A stretch of 64,000 nt of DNA from Polyangiales bacterium (GTDB lineage: Bacteria > Myxococcota_A > Polyangia > Polyangiales > Polyangiaceae): NCBI GenBank assembly GCA_038230375.1, contig JBBRNJ010000012.1:70636-134635 (forward strand). The letters run 5' to 3'. Positions 1 to 10,902 of the stretch are shown one piece after another (position 1 is the stretch's first letter; each line of letters starts with the position of its first letter). A model generated the notes under the pieces. That model was not told the DNA's origin and did no database searches. It worked only from the letters and a program-made list of their open reading frames with translations. A program made the position numbers and the translations under genes.

Positions 1-534
1 CAGGCTGAGCCCCGCGGCCACCAGGCACGGGACCGCGCCCTTGTGCCCGAGCACCACGATGGGGGAGAGCAACCCGCCGAGCGCCGGGCCCACCACGAAG
101 CCAAAGCCAAAGCCCATGCCGATGAGCCCCATGCCGCGCGCGCGGTTCTCCTTCGTGGTGCAGTCGGCGATGTACGCGCTGGCGGTGCCCAGGTTCGCAG
201 TGGCGACGCCGCTGAAGGCGCGGCATGCAAAGAGCGCCCACACGCCTATATGCGTCGCAAGCGACCCGCCCAGGAGCAACATGCCGAGCGACGTCGCCAG
301 CACGCTCCACAGCAAGACTGGCCTGCGCCCTACGCGATCCGACAGGCGGCCCCACACGGGGACGAAGAGGAACTGCATCAGCGAGTAGATGCTCGAGAGC
401 AAGGTCCCCGTGCTCTCGCTCGTGCCGTACTCCGCGCGCGCGATGGCGGCCAGGAATGGGAGCACCAGCGAGAACCCCAGCACGTCCAGGAAGACGGTGA
501 GGAAGATGGCGCCGAGGGAGGGCTTACGCGTCAT
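1..534 (-). CDS. MFS transporter, TetA/DHA1-like (3' end runs off the window)
   Basis: Minus-strand translation from ATG 534: MTRKPSLGAIFLTVFLDVLGFSLVLP...WGRLSDRVGRRPVLL (MFS motif A)...AYIADCTTKENRARGMG...GPALGG (motif C). Confidence 0.85.
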   Translation of the reverse strand, partial: MTRKPSLGAIFLTVFLDVLGFSLVLPFLAAIARAEYGTSESTGTLLSSIYSLMQFLFVPVWGRLSDRVGRRPVLLWSVLATSLGMLLLGGSLATHIGVWALFACRAFSGVATANLGTASAYIADCTTKENRARGMGLIGMGFGFGFVVGPALGGLLSPIVVLGHKGAVPCLVAAGLSL

Positions 535-552
535 CGGTTCGCCGCGGACTTA

Positions 553-1298
<746 letters not shown>

Positions 1299-1302
<4 letters not shown>

Positions 1303-2174
1303 GGCACGGCCCTGATCGCACGCGCGAGCGACTCCACGCCGTCTGCGATCCGCGGGCCTGGGCGCAGCACAGCCTCGTCCCCGAGCGAGGCCACGTGCCC
1401 CTCCTTCACGGCGCGCACGTTCTGCCAGCCCGCCGCGTCCTTCGTGATGGGTTGACCGCCGTGCGACTCCGCGATGGCCGCGTTGACGATCACGTCGGGG
1501 TCCATCGCGATCACGGTCTCGAACGAGATGGACGGATATGCGCCGCCCTTCTTGACCACGTTCTCCGCGTTCACGCGCGCGAGCATCTCGTTCGGGAATC
1601 CCTCGGGTCCCGCAACGACCACCGGGCGCAGTCCGAACACCATCATCACGCGCACACGCGGCTTCTTCTTCTCGCTCGCCTCCAGGACGGCCAGTTTGTC
1701 GCGCATCGCACGCACGACCTCCGCCGCCTCGCGCTCCTTGCCCGTTCGCTCCCCAAGGCCCGTCAGCATCAGCGCAATTCCATCCACCGACTCCGTCTCC
1801 GGAAAGTACGTGGCGATCCCGCGCGCGCCCAGCGTGTCCACCAGCGAGCGCCCCATGGGCCCGCGCGCGCCCACGACGAGGTCGGGTGACAGCGCAAGGA
1901 TCGCCTCCACGCTCGGGTCCGTGTAGCCACCCACCTGCGGCAGCTTCAGCACCTCGGGCGGATAGTCGCAGTACCGCGAGCGCCCGACGACCACGTCCTT
2001 CGCGCCGATCGCATACAGCGTCTCCGTGGTTGATGGCGAGATCGAGACCACACGTCTTGCGATCGTCCTCTGCGCGGCGCCTGCGTCTTCGGCCGCGATC
2101 TTCGTCTCGGTCTTGCAGGACGCGACCACGAGCGCGCACAACCACACGCCGAGCGCGAGTCGCGCGCGCATCAT
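1299..2174 (-). CDS. Cobalamin/Fe-siderophore ABC substrate-binding lipoprotein (BtuF-like)
   Basis: Lipobox VASC; RVVSISPSTTETLYAIG, YCDYP, EAILALSPDLV, RPGPRI. Confidence 0.88.
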
Positions 2175-3538
2175 TTCTCGTGCAGGCCGTACTTGTGGAG
2201 CTTCTCGATCAGCGCAGGACGCGACACGCCCAGCCGCCGCGCCGTCTCGCTCTGGTTCTTCTGCGCGGCCTCGAACTCCGCAGAGATGATGGAGCGCTCG
2301 AACGCCTCCACCCGCGCGCGCAGCGGATGGCTCGGTCCAGGATCCGAGCTGGGCATCTGGGTCCCCGGCGAGCTCTGCGCGCCCGGCTCCGCAAGCGAGT
2401 GCCACAGCGCGAGCGTGAGCTTGTCGTCGGGCGTGAGAGCCAGGAGCCGCGCGACTGTGTTCTCCAACTCACGAACGTTGCCCGGCCACGGATGCGTCTT
2501 CATCGCAGAGACCAGGTTGGGCTCCACCTCCACGCGACCCATGCCGTAGCGCTCGGCGTAGGTGCGCACGAAAGCGGCGACCAGCGGCGCGATGTCCTCG
2601 GCACGCTCGCGCAGCGGCGGTACGCGCAGCGGCACCACGTTGAGGCGATAGAACAGATCTTCGCGGAACCGACCTGCCTTCACCTCCGCGGTCAGATCGC
2701 GGTTCGTGGCAGCGACCAGGCGCACGTCCACGATCTCTGGCTTGCCACCGACGGGCTGCACCTCTCCCGACTGCATCGCGCGGAGGATCTTCGCCTGGAT
2801 GGGCAGTGGGAGCTCGCCGATCTCGTCGATGAAGAGCGTGCCCAGGTGGGCCTGCTGGAAGTAGCCGTCGCGTGCGCTCTGCGCTCCGGTGAACGCGCCC
2901 TTCGTGTGCCCGAAGAGCTCGGACTCGGCCAGCTCCGCGGGAATGGCCGCCGCGTTGAAGCGGATGAACGCCTTGTCGGAGCGTCGCGAGTGCGCGTGGA
3001 TCGCCGCCGCCGCGACCTCCTTGCCAGAGCCGCTCTCACCGGTGATGAGAATGGTGACGTCCTTGGGAGCCACGCGGCTGATCACGTCCAGGAGGCGCTT
3101 GAACGCGGGGCTCTCGCCGACGATCGGGCGTCCGAGCGACGCCTGCGTGCGGAGCCGCGCGTTCTCCATTCGCAGCGCGCGTGTCTCGATCCCGCGAAGG
3201 ACGGTGAGCACGAGCTCCTCGGGATCGAACGGCTTCGGCAGATAGTCGAATGCGCCCGCCTTCATGGCCGCGACGGCCACGCGCTCGGAGCCGTGCGCGG
3301 TGAGGATCAGCACGGGGACGCTCGGGTCCTGCACGTGAATGGTCCGGAGCACCGCCATGCCATCCACGTTCGGCATGGCAAGGTCCGTGAGGACGACGTC
3401 TGCGCCCTTGTCCTCGAACGCCGCGATGCCAGCCGCGCCGCCATCCGCGAGCGTGACGTCCAGGTCGGCGTCCGAGAGCACGGCATCGAGCGTGAACCGG
3501 ATCGCCGCGTCGTCGTCGATGACGAGTACTCGTCTCAT
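2171..3538 (-). CDS. Sigma54-dependent response regulator (NtrC family)
   Basis: Receiver VLVIDDD...TDLAMP; AAA+ GESGSGKE, ESELFGHTKGAFTGA, WPGNVREL; C-terminal HTH. Confidence 0.95.
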   Translation of the reverse strand: MRRVLVIDDDAAIRFTLDAVLSDADLDVTLADGGAAGIAAFEDKGADVVLTDLAMPNVDGMAVLRTIHVQDPSVPVLILTAHGSERVAVAAMKAGAFDYLPKPFDPEELVLTVLRGIETRALRMENARLRTQASLGRPIVGESPAFKRLLDVISRVAPKDVTILITGESGSGKEVAAAAIHAHSRRSDKAFIRFNAAAIPAELAESELFGHTKGAFTGAQSARDGYFQQAHLGTLFIDEIGELPLPIQAKILRAMQSGEVQPVGGKPEIVDVRLVAATNRDLTAEVKAGRFREDLFYRLNVVPLRVPPLRERAEDIAPLVAAFVRTYAERYGMGRVEVEPNLVSAMKTHPWPGNVRELENTVARLLALTPDDKLTLALWHSLAEPGAQSSPGTQMPSSDPGPSHPLRARVEAFERSIISAEFEAAQKNQSETARRLGVSRPALIEKLHKYGLHEK

Positions 3539-4995
3539 ACCTTGGCGACGGTTTGTACCACAGCATCCCTCGGAACGATGTTGCCGTGCTTCTCTGCCGG
3601 CTCTTCGTCGTGCGCGGGATTCGGAAGGCGTTGCGCTCGCGCTGCAGAAAGGGCGCTGGGCGGCAGGTCGCAGTGGACCTTGGTGCCTTTGCCGGGCGTG
3701 CTCTCGAAGCGCACCATGCCGCCGTGCTGTTCGATCAGGCCGCGCGCGATCGCGACGCCAAGGCCAGCGCCGCTCTTCTTCGTGGAGAAGTACGGGCGCT
3801 TGATGCGCTCCACCACGTCGGGGCCCATGCCGCAGCCGTGGTCCTGCACCTCGATGTGGGCGGCGCCGTCCGCGGACTTGCCGATCTCGATGCGCACGGT
3901 GCTGCCGCTCCTGGACGCCTGGATCGCATTGAGCACGAAGTTGAGCAGCACCTGGCGGAGCTTGCGTCGGTCTGCGGCGATCGAGAGGTCGGGGTTGCCC
4001 TTCACCTCGAGCGTCACGCCGGACTCGGCCGCGGACATCTCCAGAAGCGAGGTGATCTCCTTCGCGACCTCGTGCGGCTTCACCTCTTCGATCTTGAGGT
4101 CCTCGAGCCCGCGCGAGAAGGACAGGAAGCCATCCACGATCTGCTGCAGGCGCTCCGCCTCGGTCTTCACGAGCCCGAGTCGCTCTCGCAGCTTCTCGTC
4201 CTGGACGTTGCTGCACACGTGCGCGGACATGCCGCGGATCGCGGCCAGCGGGTTCTTCACCTCGTGCGCGAGCCTCGCCGCGATGCTCTCCATGGAGCGC
4301 GTGCGCTCTTCGCTCTCGCAGTACAGCTCTTCTCTGTGATCGGCCAGCTCCAGCGCGACGCGCTCGTAGACGCTCGTGATGTGCGACGACATCTTCTTCA
4401 CCACGACGACAGTGAAGATGACGGATGCGAGCGAGAGCCCCACGTACTCGCGGCTGGACCAGTCCCCCATGGGCGCGAGCGGCGCGGTGAGCGACCCCAT
4501 GCACGTGTGCGAGAGGAACGCGGTGAACAGGAAGCCGCCCAGAAGCATCTTGAAGTACAGCTTGCGCCAGCCCACGAACGCTGGGTTCATCACCATGCCG
4601 AGCGCCATCGGGATGCAGGTGATGAGCAGCGGGCTCGCGAGCCCACCGGTGTTCAGGAGCGCCGCGAAGTACGCGATGAGGCTCATCGACGTCAAGACGC
4701 GTGGGGCAGACTCGCGCGAGACGCGGACCGTGAGCATCACGAGGCTCCACACGATCACGCCGAGCTGCACCCAGCAGCGGATGGGCGGCGCACCACGGAA
4801 GTAGAGCAGCGCGAGCACCGCGACGTGGAACGGCATGATCCACGCCATGCGCCACCGCTGCGCCTTGTTCACGCTGTCCGAAAAGACCTGCACGGACAGC
4901 GCGTGATACCGCCGCTTGCGGTCCTCCTTGGCGCGCGCTGCCTGCATGTCGTTCACGAGGAGCAATCTCCGTGCAACAAATTCCCCACCCGTCAT
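3535..4995 (-). CDS. Membrane sensor histidine kinase (start uncertain, 4947-5028)
   Basis: Several TM helices; H-box LAHEVKNPL; N-box NFVLNAIQA; DHGCGM; GLGVAI. Stop overlaps the response regulator start. Confidence 0.92.
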   Translation of the reverse strand: MTGGEFVARRLLLVNDMQAARAKEDRKRRYHALSVQVFSDSVNKAQRWRMAWIMPFHVAVLALLYFRGAPPIRCWVQLGVIVWSLVMLTVRVSRESAPRVLTSMSLIAYFAALLNTGGLASPLLITCIPMALGMVMNPAFVGWRKLYFKMLLGGFLFTAFLSHTCMGSLTAPLAPMGDWSSREYVGLSLASVIFTVVVVKKMSSHITSVYERVALELADHREELYCESEERTRSMESIAARLAHEVKNPLAAIRGMSAHVCSNVQDEKLRERLGLVKTEAERLQQIVDGFLSFSRGLEDLKIEEVKPHEVAKEITSLLEMSAAESGVTLEVKGNPDLSIAADRRKLRQVLLNFVLNAIQASRSGSTVRIEIGKSADGAAHIEVQDHGCGMGPDVVERIKRPYFSTKKSGAGLGVAIARGLIEQHGGMVRFESTPGKGTKVHCDLPPSALSAARAQRLPNPAHDEEPAEKHGNIVPRDAVVQTVAKV

Positions 4996-5159
4996 TGTTG
5001 CATGTAATTGCCCCCGGACTGCAAACAAGCCCTGTTTTCAGGCGCTCGTCGCATCACCCCCGCATCACCGCCGCGTCAGTTGGACGCCACATCATGTCCG
5101 GTTTCCGACAAGCGCAACGCGTCACTACACACAGGAGGCCGCGTGTACTGCTCGTTTGA

Positions 5160-6512
5160 CTAGGCGCGCTGCTTGGCCGTGCGTCGCGCGATGAGCCCGA
5201 GCACCGCGACCATGCCGAGCCCCATCGCCTTCCACGGCACGGGCTTCGACGGGTCGGGAGTCGGATTGGACGCAGGCGCCATGGAGCAGCCACTCGTGGT
5301 CGTGGTCGTGGCATTGTTCGTCGGACCGGCGTCCGAGGCCGCGAGGCACAGCAGCGCGCCCGGATCGCATGCGAAGCCAGCGGGGCAGCTGGTCGCGTCG
5401 CCGACCGTGCAGGCCTGCGTGCACGCGAAGTTCTTCCCGTCCGCCGAGTAGCACTGCTTCGACTTGCACTGTGAATCCAGCGAGCAGGTGTCGCCAAAGC
5501 CCTTGGTGCCGCCGCTGCTGCCCGCGCCGCCATCCTTGCCCGCAGGGCCGCCGCCTCCCACGCACATCGGCGGAGGCGAGTAGACCGTCCAGTCCGGCGT
5601 GGGCTTCGGGTACAGCGTCCAGTTCGACGACGCGGTCCCGGCAGTCTGCACGATGAGGTCGCGCCAGGCGTCGACGCGCGTGTAGATGCTGCCGACGCAG
5701 CTCGCGCCGTCCATGCTCACGCCACCGCGCGAGAGCACGCCCATGGAGACGAACACGCCCTGGTCGAACTTGTCTTGCTCCCATGCGCTGGAGCCCGAAT
5801 CGCCCTGGCAGGTGCCGTCACCGCCGAGGAACTCGTTGTCCGTGAACTCGTTCGCGGGCGCCCCGAGCTTCTTGCAGTCGATCGAGCAGTCACCAGGGAT
5901 GCACACGGTGTCGATGTTCTTCTTGATGCGCCGCGTTCCGGAGTCGTTGCCGTTGGGCGACGTGATGCCGAAGCCGATCCCGGTGAATCCAGAGTTGGAG
6001 TTGTAGTGATCCTGATCCGTCAGCGAGTAGCCAGTGTTCGGGATGGCAGGAACGGCCTCGCTCGACGGGACCATGTCCGACAGGATGAGGATGGAGATGT
6101 CGTTGCCACAGACGCCCGTGGGCGTGGGCGTGATGATCTGCTTCACGACGTGCTGCTTCGCCTTGAGGCCCGGCATCGTGGAGCTGGTCGTGACGATGAA
6201 GTCGCTTGGCTGGCCGAGACGCGCGCCGAACTTGCTCGTCGCGCAGTCGATCATCTCGGTCGTGTTCTCGACGCAGTGGCGCGCGCTGATGACCATGTTC
6301 GGAAGGATGAGTGCGCCGCTGCACGTCAGCTGACACTGGTTCCCCGAGAGCCCGCCGCACACGCCGACCACGAACGAGTGCCCCGTGTCGGTCGCGCCTC
6401 CCTGGATGTCCTGCGTGGTCACTCCGAGCTTCTCCGTCGGTCGATTCGACGAGCAAGCGACCAGGATGGCGGTGAGCGAGAGAGCAGCGGCGCCGAGGTG
6501 AAGTCTGGACAT
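5160..6512 (-). CDS. Trypsin-like (S1) serine protease lipoprotein with Cys-rich region and MYXO-CTERM-like tail
   Basis: Lipobox LVAC; triad motifs SARHC, NDISIL, CQGDSG; C-terminus SGCSMAP...hydrophobic...RRTAKQRA. Confidence 0.88.
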   Translation of the reverse strand: MSRLHLGAAALSLTAILVACSSNRPTEKLGVTTQDIQGGATDTGHSFVVGVCGGLSGNQCQLTCSGALILPNMVISARHCVENTTEMIDCATSKFGARLGQPSDFIVTTSSTMPGLKAKQHVVKQIITPTPTGVCGNDISILILSDMVPSSEAVPAIPNTGYSLTDQDHYNSNSGFTGIGFGITSPNGNDSGTRRIKKNIDTVCIPGDCSIDCKKLGAPANEFTDNEFLGGDGTCQGDSGSSAWEQDKFDQGVFVSMGVLSRGGVSMDGASCVGSIYTRVDAWRDLIVQTAGTASSNWTLYPKPTPDWTVYSPPPMCVGGGGPAGKDGGAGSSGGTKGFGDTCSLDSQCKSKQCYSADGKNFACTQACTVGDATSCPAGFACDPGALLCLAASDAGPTNNATTTTTSGCSMAPASNPTPDPSKPVPWKAMGLGMVAVLGLIARRTAKQRA

Positions 6513-6705
6513 CGCGGAAGTTCTACGAGAAGGCCGCAAATCGGCAATGCCCAAATGCACCTGGAAATTGCCGTCCGCACTGTTTCCGCGTCGGAAATCG
6601 ACGGCACGCCAGCGTTCGTCCGTGCCCGCATGAGTCCGGGAACCTTCGCCGCAAATTTTCCCGTTCACGTCCTTCCGTGGCCTGATTCGCGACGTGGAGG
6701 CCACG

Positions 6706-7542
6706 ATGCGCACGCTTGTCTCGATTTCAGTCGCTTCGATGATGATGTTGGTTGGCTCCTTGGCGTTTGCCCAGGGTGAGCCTGCCGGGACCGGCGGCAC
6801 CGCGGGCGGAACGGCCGGGGTTGGTGGGACTGCCACCGTCACGCCGCCCCCGCCGCCCCCGCCGCCCGAGCATCACGAGGGTCACCATCCCGCGGCCGCG
6901 CCTGCCGATGACACGCCAGACCACGAGCGCGTCATCAAGAAGTTCGCGATCGGCTACATGGGGTTCACCCAGGTCCCGCTCACCATCAACGAGACCGTCG
7001 CCGCTCCGATCATCGGCGCGCGCTACTGGCTCGGCGACCGCATGGGCGTCGATGTCGGCCTTGGCTTCGGCATCAAGGGCGGCTCCTCCGACAACACGCC
7101 CGCCACCGGCCCCAAGACCACGACCGATCAGGCCACCGCCTGGGCCTTCGCGGTGCACGCGGGCGTCCCGCTCACGCCCGCCTGGGGCAAGCACTACACG
7201 CTGCTCCTCATCCCGGAGCTCAACTTCGGCTACGGGGGCCGCAGCATCAAGCCACCGGGGGGCTCTCCCGCGAACACCCCGAACATCGATCAGAACGGCG
7301 CGCGGTTCGAGATCGGCGCACGCGCCGGTGCGGAGGTCCACTTCGGCTTCATCGGTGTGCCCGAGCTCTCGCTCCAGGCGACGATCGGGCTCGGATTCCA
7401 GAACAACCAGATATGGGCAAACAACGTCGCCGGCGCGAACACCTCCTCGGCCGCGCACACGTACACGTTCACGACGTCCGTGGATCAGGCGCCCTGGGCC
7501 ATCTTCACGAACAACATCTCCGCCCTGTACTATTTCCCCTGA
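6706..7542 (+). CDS. Secreted protein, probable outer-membrane beta-barrel
   Basis: GGAGG RBS; signal peptide ending AFA; Pro/His linker; amphipathic strands; C-terminal YYFP. Confidence 0.65.
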   Translation: MRTLVSISVASMMMLVGSLAFAQGEPAGTGGTAGGTAGVGGTATVTPPPPPPPPEHHEGHHPAAAPADDTPDHERVIKKFAIGYMGFTQVPLTINETVAAPIIGARYWLGDRMGVDVGLGFGIKGGSSDNTPATGPKTTTDQATAWAFAVHAGVPLTPAWGKHYTLLLIPELNFGYGGRSIKPPGGSPANTPNIDQNGARFEIGARAGAEVHFGFIGVPELSLQATIGLGFQNNQIWANNVAGANTSSAAHTYTFTTSVDQAPWAIFTNNISALYYFP

Positions 7543-7551
7543 GAGGCCAGA

Positions 7552-7848
7552 ATGACCCATATGCACGGTCTTTCCTCTGCCAAGATCGCGGTGGCCCTCG
7601 CCGCGATAGCGCTCGTCATCGTGGGATGCACGGCGGGCACGGATACAAATTACGTCACTGCGGGCTTCCAGGATCCTCCGCCCCCTGATCCGCTGCAGGA
7701 CGGGCTCTCGGGCACGCCTCAGAGCGGCGATCCCGCGCCCATCGTCCAGGGGCTCACGCTGCCAACGACCTCACAGCAAACCGGCGGCGGCGATGGAAAC
7801 GGTCAGGGGCAGGGGAAGACGCCCGCCAGTAAAGACGGCGGCGGTTAG
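7552..7848 (+). CDS. Small lipoprotein, unknown function
   Basis: GAGG RBS; lipobox IVGC; low-complexity tail. Confidence 0.6.
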   Translation: MTHMHGLSSAKIAVALAAIALVIVGCTAGTDTNYVTAGFQDPPPPDPLQDGLSGTPQSGDPAPIVQGLTLPTTSQQTGGGDGNGQGQGKTPASKDGGG

Positions 7849-7880
7849 CGTGTCCGGAGCGGTCGCGCCGGCCGCTTGCT

Positions 7881-8735
7881 CTAGGGCGCGAACTCCGGGT
7901 TGAAGTTGCTCGTGACAAGTCCACGCTCTTGCGCGCGTCGGAACATCTCGGTGATGGCGCGTCGCGCGTCTTCCTTCATCTCTCGCGTGTCCTCGTTCGC
8001 GTACATGTCCAGGTAGCGGTCGAGCAGCGCGCGGTCGATGCTCACGCCGGGCCTTGTTTCCTCGCGCAAAAGCCCTTCCATCACCTCTTCGCGGTGCGCG
8101 AGCGACCACGCGATCGATCGGCGACAGAGGTCGGAGACCTTGCGGATCAGCGCGTCGCCGAGTCCGCGCCGGATCGCATTGCCACCGAGCGGCAGCGGCA
8201 GGCCACCCGTCTCCTTTGCCCACGCCTCGCCTATGTCCAGGACCTTCACGAAGCCCTCGCGCTCGAAGGTCAGGCGGCCCTCGTGGATGAGGAGCGCGAA
8301 GTCGACCTCGTGATTGCGCAGCGACTCGAAGGCGCGTGTGTACGGATCGATCGGCACGACCACGGGCACAAACGCGGGCGCGAGCAGGCGCAGGATCAGG
8401 AACGCCGTCGTGCGCTCGCCTGGAATCCCCACGCGCTTTCCTTCCAGCGCAGAGAGCGGTGCTGCCTTCTCCGCCACCACGACCGGCCCGTAGCCACGTC
8501 CCACGGACGCGCCATGCGGCAGGAGCAGATACTTGTCCGAGATCCGCGGAAGCGCGCCCATCGATACCGCGATCACGTCGACCTCGCCGTTCTCCGCGCG
8601 GCGGTTCAATGTCTCCGTGTCGGCGCGCTCGGCCTCGAACACGAGTCCTTCCGTGTCGATCTTCCCGCGGAGAAGGGGCCAGAACATGAAGATGTCGTCG
8701 CTGTCGGGCGAGAACGCGAGGCGGATAGGTTGCAT
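7881..8735 (-). CDS. mqnD: MqnA/MqnD family protein (futalosine menaquinone pathway), MqnD-like
   Basis: IRLAFSPDSDDIFMF, GRGYGPVVV, TTAFL, LLIHEGRLTF, LPLPLGGN. Confidence 0.8.
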   Translation of the reverse strand: MQPIRLAFSPDSDDIFMFWPLLRGKIDTEGLVFEAERADTETLNRRAENGEVDVIAVSMGALPRISDKYLLLPHGASVGRGYGPVVVAEKAAPLSALEGKRVGIPGERTTAFLILRLLAPAFVPVVVPIDPYTRAFESLRNHEVDFALLIHEGRLTFEREGFVKVLDIGEAWAKETGGLPLPLGGNAIRRGLGDALIRKVSDLCRRSIAWSLAHREEVMEGLLREETRPGVSIDRALLDRYLDMYANEDTREMKEDARRAITEMFRRAQERGLVTSNFNPEFAP

Positions 8736-8764
8736 CACGGGCGGGATGGTAGGCTCCGCGCGCC

Positions 8765-9625
8765 TTGAAAAAAAGGACGGTGTGGATCTTCGTGGGAGGC
8801 GTGGGTGTGGTGCTCGCCGCGCTCGCGATCGCGCAGGCCGTTCGCGCACTCCGGACGGAGGCGCCCCAGGCGAGCTGTACCGAGGGCTTCGTCGCGCGTG
8901 GCACGCGCTGCTGCATCGGTGACGCGGAGGGCCGCCACGATACGTGTATTGTACATGCTTGCCGCGCGCCGTACGTTCTGAGCGGGGACGGTGCGCTGTG
9001 CGATGCGCCGGACCTCAAGATCAGGATCCCCCTCACCGAGGTGATGGTCGGGCCATCGGACTGGGAGGCGGAGGGCCGCGTCCCTCCGCGTCAGGTGCGC
9101 GCGGGGCCGTTCGACATCGATGCGTTCGAGGTCACGGACGCCAAGCTGCGATGTCCGTCCTGCCTGCATCCCTCCGCGTCGTTCGATGCAGCGGATGCGG
9201 CGCGCGCGGCGTCGAACGTCACAAGAACCGAAGCCGCCGACTTCTGTCGTCAACGCGGGGGCCGCCTGCCCACGGACGATGAGTGGCTCGTTGCGGCGAC
9301 TGGCGCGCAGGGCAAACGCTACCCATGGGGCGACACCGGCGCCGTCTGCAGGCGCGCCGCGTTCGGGCTGCTCGCAGGGCCATGCGGCACGGGCGCGACA
9401 GGTCCCGACACGGTGGGCGCGCATCCACTGGGCGACACGCCGCTGGGCGTGCACGACCTCGCGGGCAACGTCGCGGAGTGGGTGGCCTCGGACAGGCCGA
9501 CGGTGCGCGGCGGCTCCTGGAAGACAGGCCTGGCCACGGAGCTCCGTACGTGGGCGAAGGAAGAGCTCGCGTCCGAGGGCGTGCGTGATCCCCGTGTCGG
9601 TTTCCGATGCGTGTATGCTCCGTGA
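8765..9625 (+). CDS. FGE-sulfatase (SUMF1/EgtB/PvdO) domain protein with N-terminal TM/signal
   Basis: FDIDAFEVT, GRLPTDDEW, RYPWG, HDLAGNVAEWV, RGGSW, VGFRC. Confidence 0.88.
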   Translation: MKKRTVWIFVGGVGVVLAALAIAQAVRALRTEAPQASCTEGFVARGTRCCIGDAEGRHDTCIVHACRAPYVLSGDGALCDAPDLKIRIPLTEVMVGPSDWEAEGRVPPRQVRAGPFDIDAFEVTDAKLRCPSCLHPSASFDAADAARAASNVTRTEAADFCRQRGGRLPTDDEWLVAATGAQGKRYPWGDTGAVCRRAAFGLLAGPCGTGATGPDTVGAHPLGDTPLGVHDLAGNVAEWVASDRPTVRGGSWKTGLATELRTWAKEELASEGVRDPRVGFRCVYAP

Positions 9626-9644
9626 TCCCTCCGGAGGTGCAATC

Positions 9645-10886
9645 TTGTCGTGTGCGGTCTTCTGCATCGGCACCGAGCTCACGCGCGGCGAGCTCACCAA
9701 CTCCAATGCGTCGTGGCTCTCGACCCGCCTGACGGAGCTCGGCTTCGAGGTGACGGAGCACGTCGTCGTGGACGACGATGCTGCGCGCATCAAGGACTCG
9801 TTCCTCAGGCTGATGCGCACGCACACGATCGTGGTGGCCACGGGTGGTCTCGGCCCCACGTCGGACGATCTCACCACGGTCACCATCGCAGAGGCGCTCA
9901 AAAGGCCGATCGTCCGCGACCAGGATTCGTTCGAGAGCATTCGCCAGCGCTTCGAGAAGCTCGGTCGCACCATGAGCGAGTCGAACGCGAAACAGGCTGA
10001 TTTTCCCGATGGCGCGACGATCCTCCCGAACCCCGTCGGCACCGCGCCTGGCTTCTGCGTGGAGCTCGGCTCCGCGCGCGGGTTCTTCATGCCGGGGGTC
10101 CCGCGCGAGATGAAGCGCATCTTCGAGGGCGAGGTTGTGCCCCGCATCCGCACGCTCGCACCCAACGTGCACCACCAGGTGCGGCTGCGGACATTCGGTC
10201 TGCCGGAGAGCACCGTGGGCGACAAGCTGCGCGGGCTCGAGGAGGCGAACCCCGGGGTGATCATCGGCTACCGCGCGCACTTCCCCGAGATCGAGGTGAA
10301 GGTGCTGGCACGTGGCGACACGCATGGCACCGCGCGCGAGCTCTGCGACAAGGTGGCGGCGGAGGTGCGCGTGCGCCTCAGCGAAGTGCTGTACGGCGAG
10401 GGCGAGGAGTCGTACGCGAGCGTGCTCTCCCGGCAGCTCCGCGGAAAGGGGCTCACGCTCGCGATCGCGGAGTCGTGCACGGGCGGCCTTGTCGGCAGCT
10501 TGCTCACCAAGGAGCCAGGCGCGAGCGAGTTCCTGCTCCTCGACGCGGTGACGTACGCCAACTCTGCCAAGACGCGCGTGCTCGGCGTGTCCGAGGACAT
10601 CCTGCGCGGCCACGGCGCCGTGAGCGCGGAGGTGGCGGCGGCGATGGCGGAGGGCGCACGCCGCGTGTCCGGCGCGGATCTCGCGGTATCGATCACGGGC
10701 GTCGCGGGGCCCAGCGGCGGCTCGGAGGACAAGCCGGTGGGCACGGTGCATTTCGCGATCGCGAGCAAGCACGGCACGCGCACGGTGCAACGGCAGTTCG
10801 GGACCATCTTCGAGCGCTGGCAGATCCAGACGCTAGCGGCCTACGCCGCCATGAGCCTGCTCCACGACGAAGCTAAAGAGCTCTGA
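9645..10886 (+). CDS. cinA: Competence/damage-inducible protein CinA (MoCF domain + NMN deamidase PncC)
   Basis: IGTELTRG, TGGLGPTSDDLT, GTAPG, PGVPREM, AESCTGG, SITGVAGPSGG. TTG start after GGAGG. Confidence 0.93.
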   Translation: MSCAVFCIGTELTRGELTNSNASWLSTRLTELGFEVTEHVVVDDDAARIKDSFLRLMRTHTIVVATGGLGPTSDDLTTVTIAEALKRPIVRDQDSFESIRQRFEKLGRTMSESNAKQADFPDGATILPNPVGTAPGFCVELGSARGFFMPGVPREMKRIFEGEVVPRIRTLAPNVHHQVRLRTFGLPESTVGDKLRGLEEANPGVIIGYRAHFPEIEVKVLARGDTHGTARELCDKVAAEVRVRLSEVLYGEGEESYASVLSRQLRGKGLTLAIAESCTGGLVGSLLTKEPGASEFLLLDAVTYANSAKTRVLGVSEDILRGHGAVSAEVAAAMAEGARRVSGADLAVSITGVAGPSGGSEDKPVGTVHFAIASKHGTRTVQRQFGTIFERWQIQTLAAYAAMSLLHDEAKEL

Positions 10887-10902
10887 GCAGCGCCGCGACG
10901 CT

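Noticed and set aside
6639..6665. ECF promoter GGAAC...GTT upstream of the beta-barrel gene
   Set aside because: The 19-bp spacer is longer than the 17 bp seen at the ECF gene; too weak to call.
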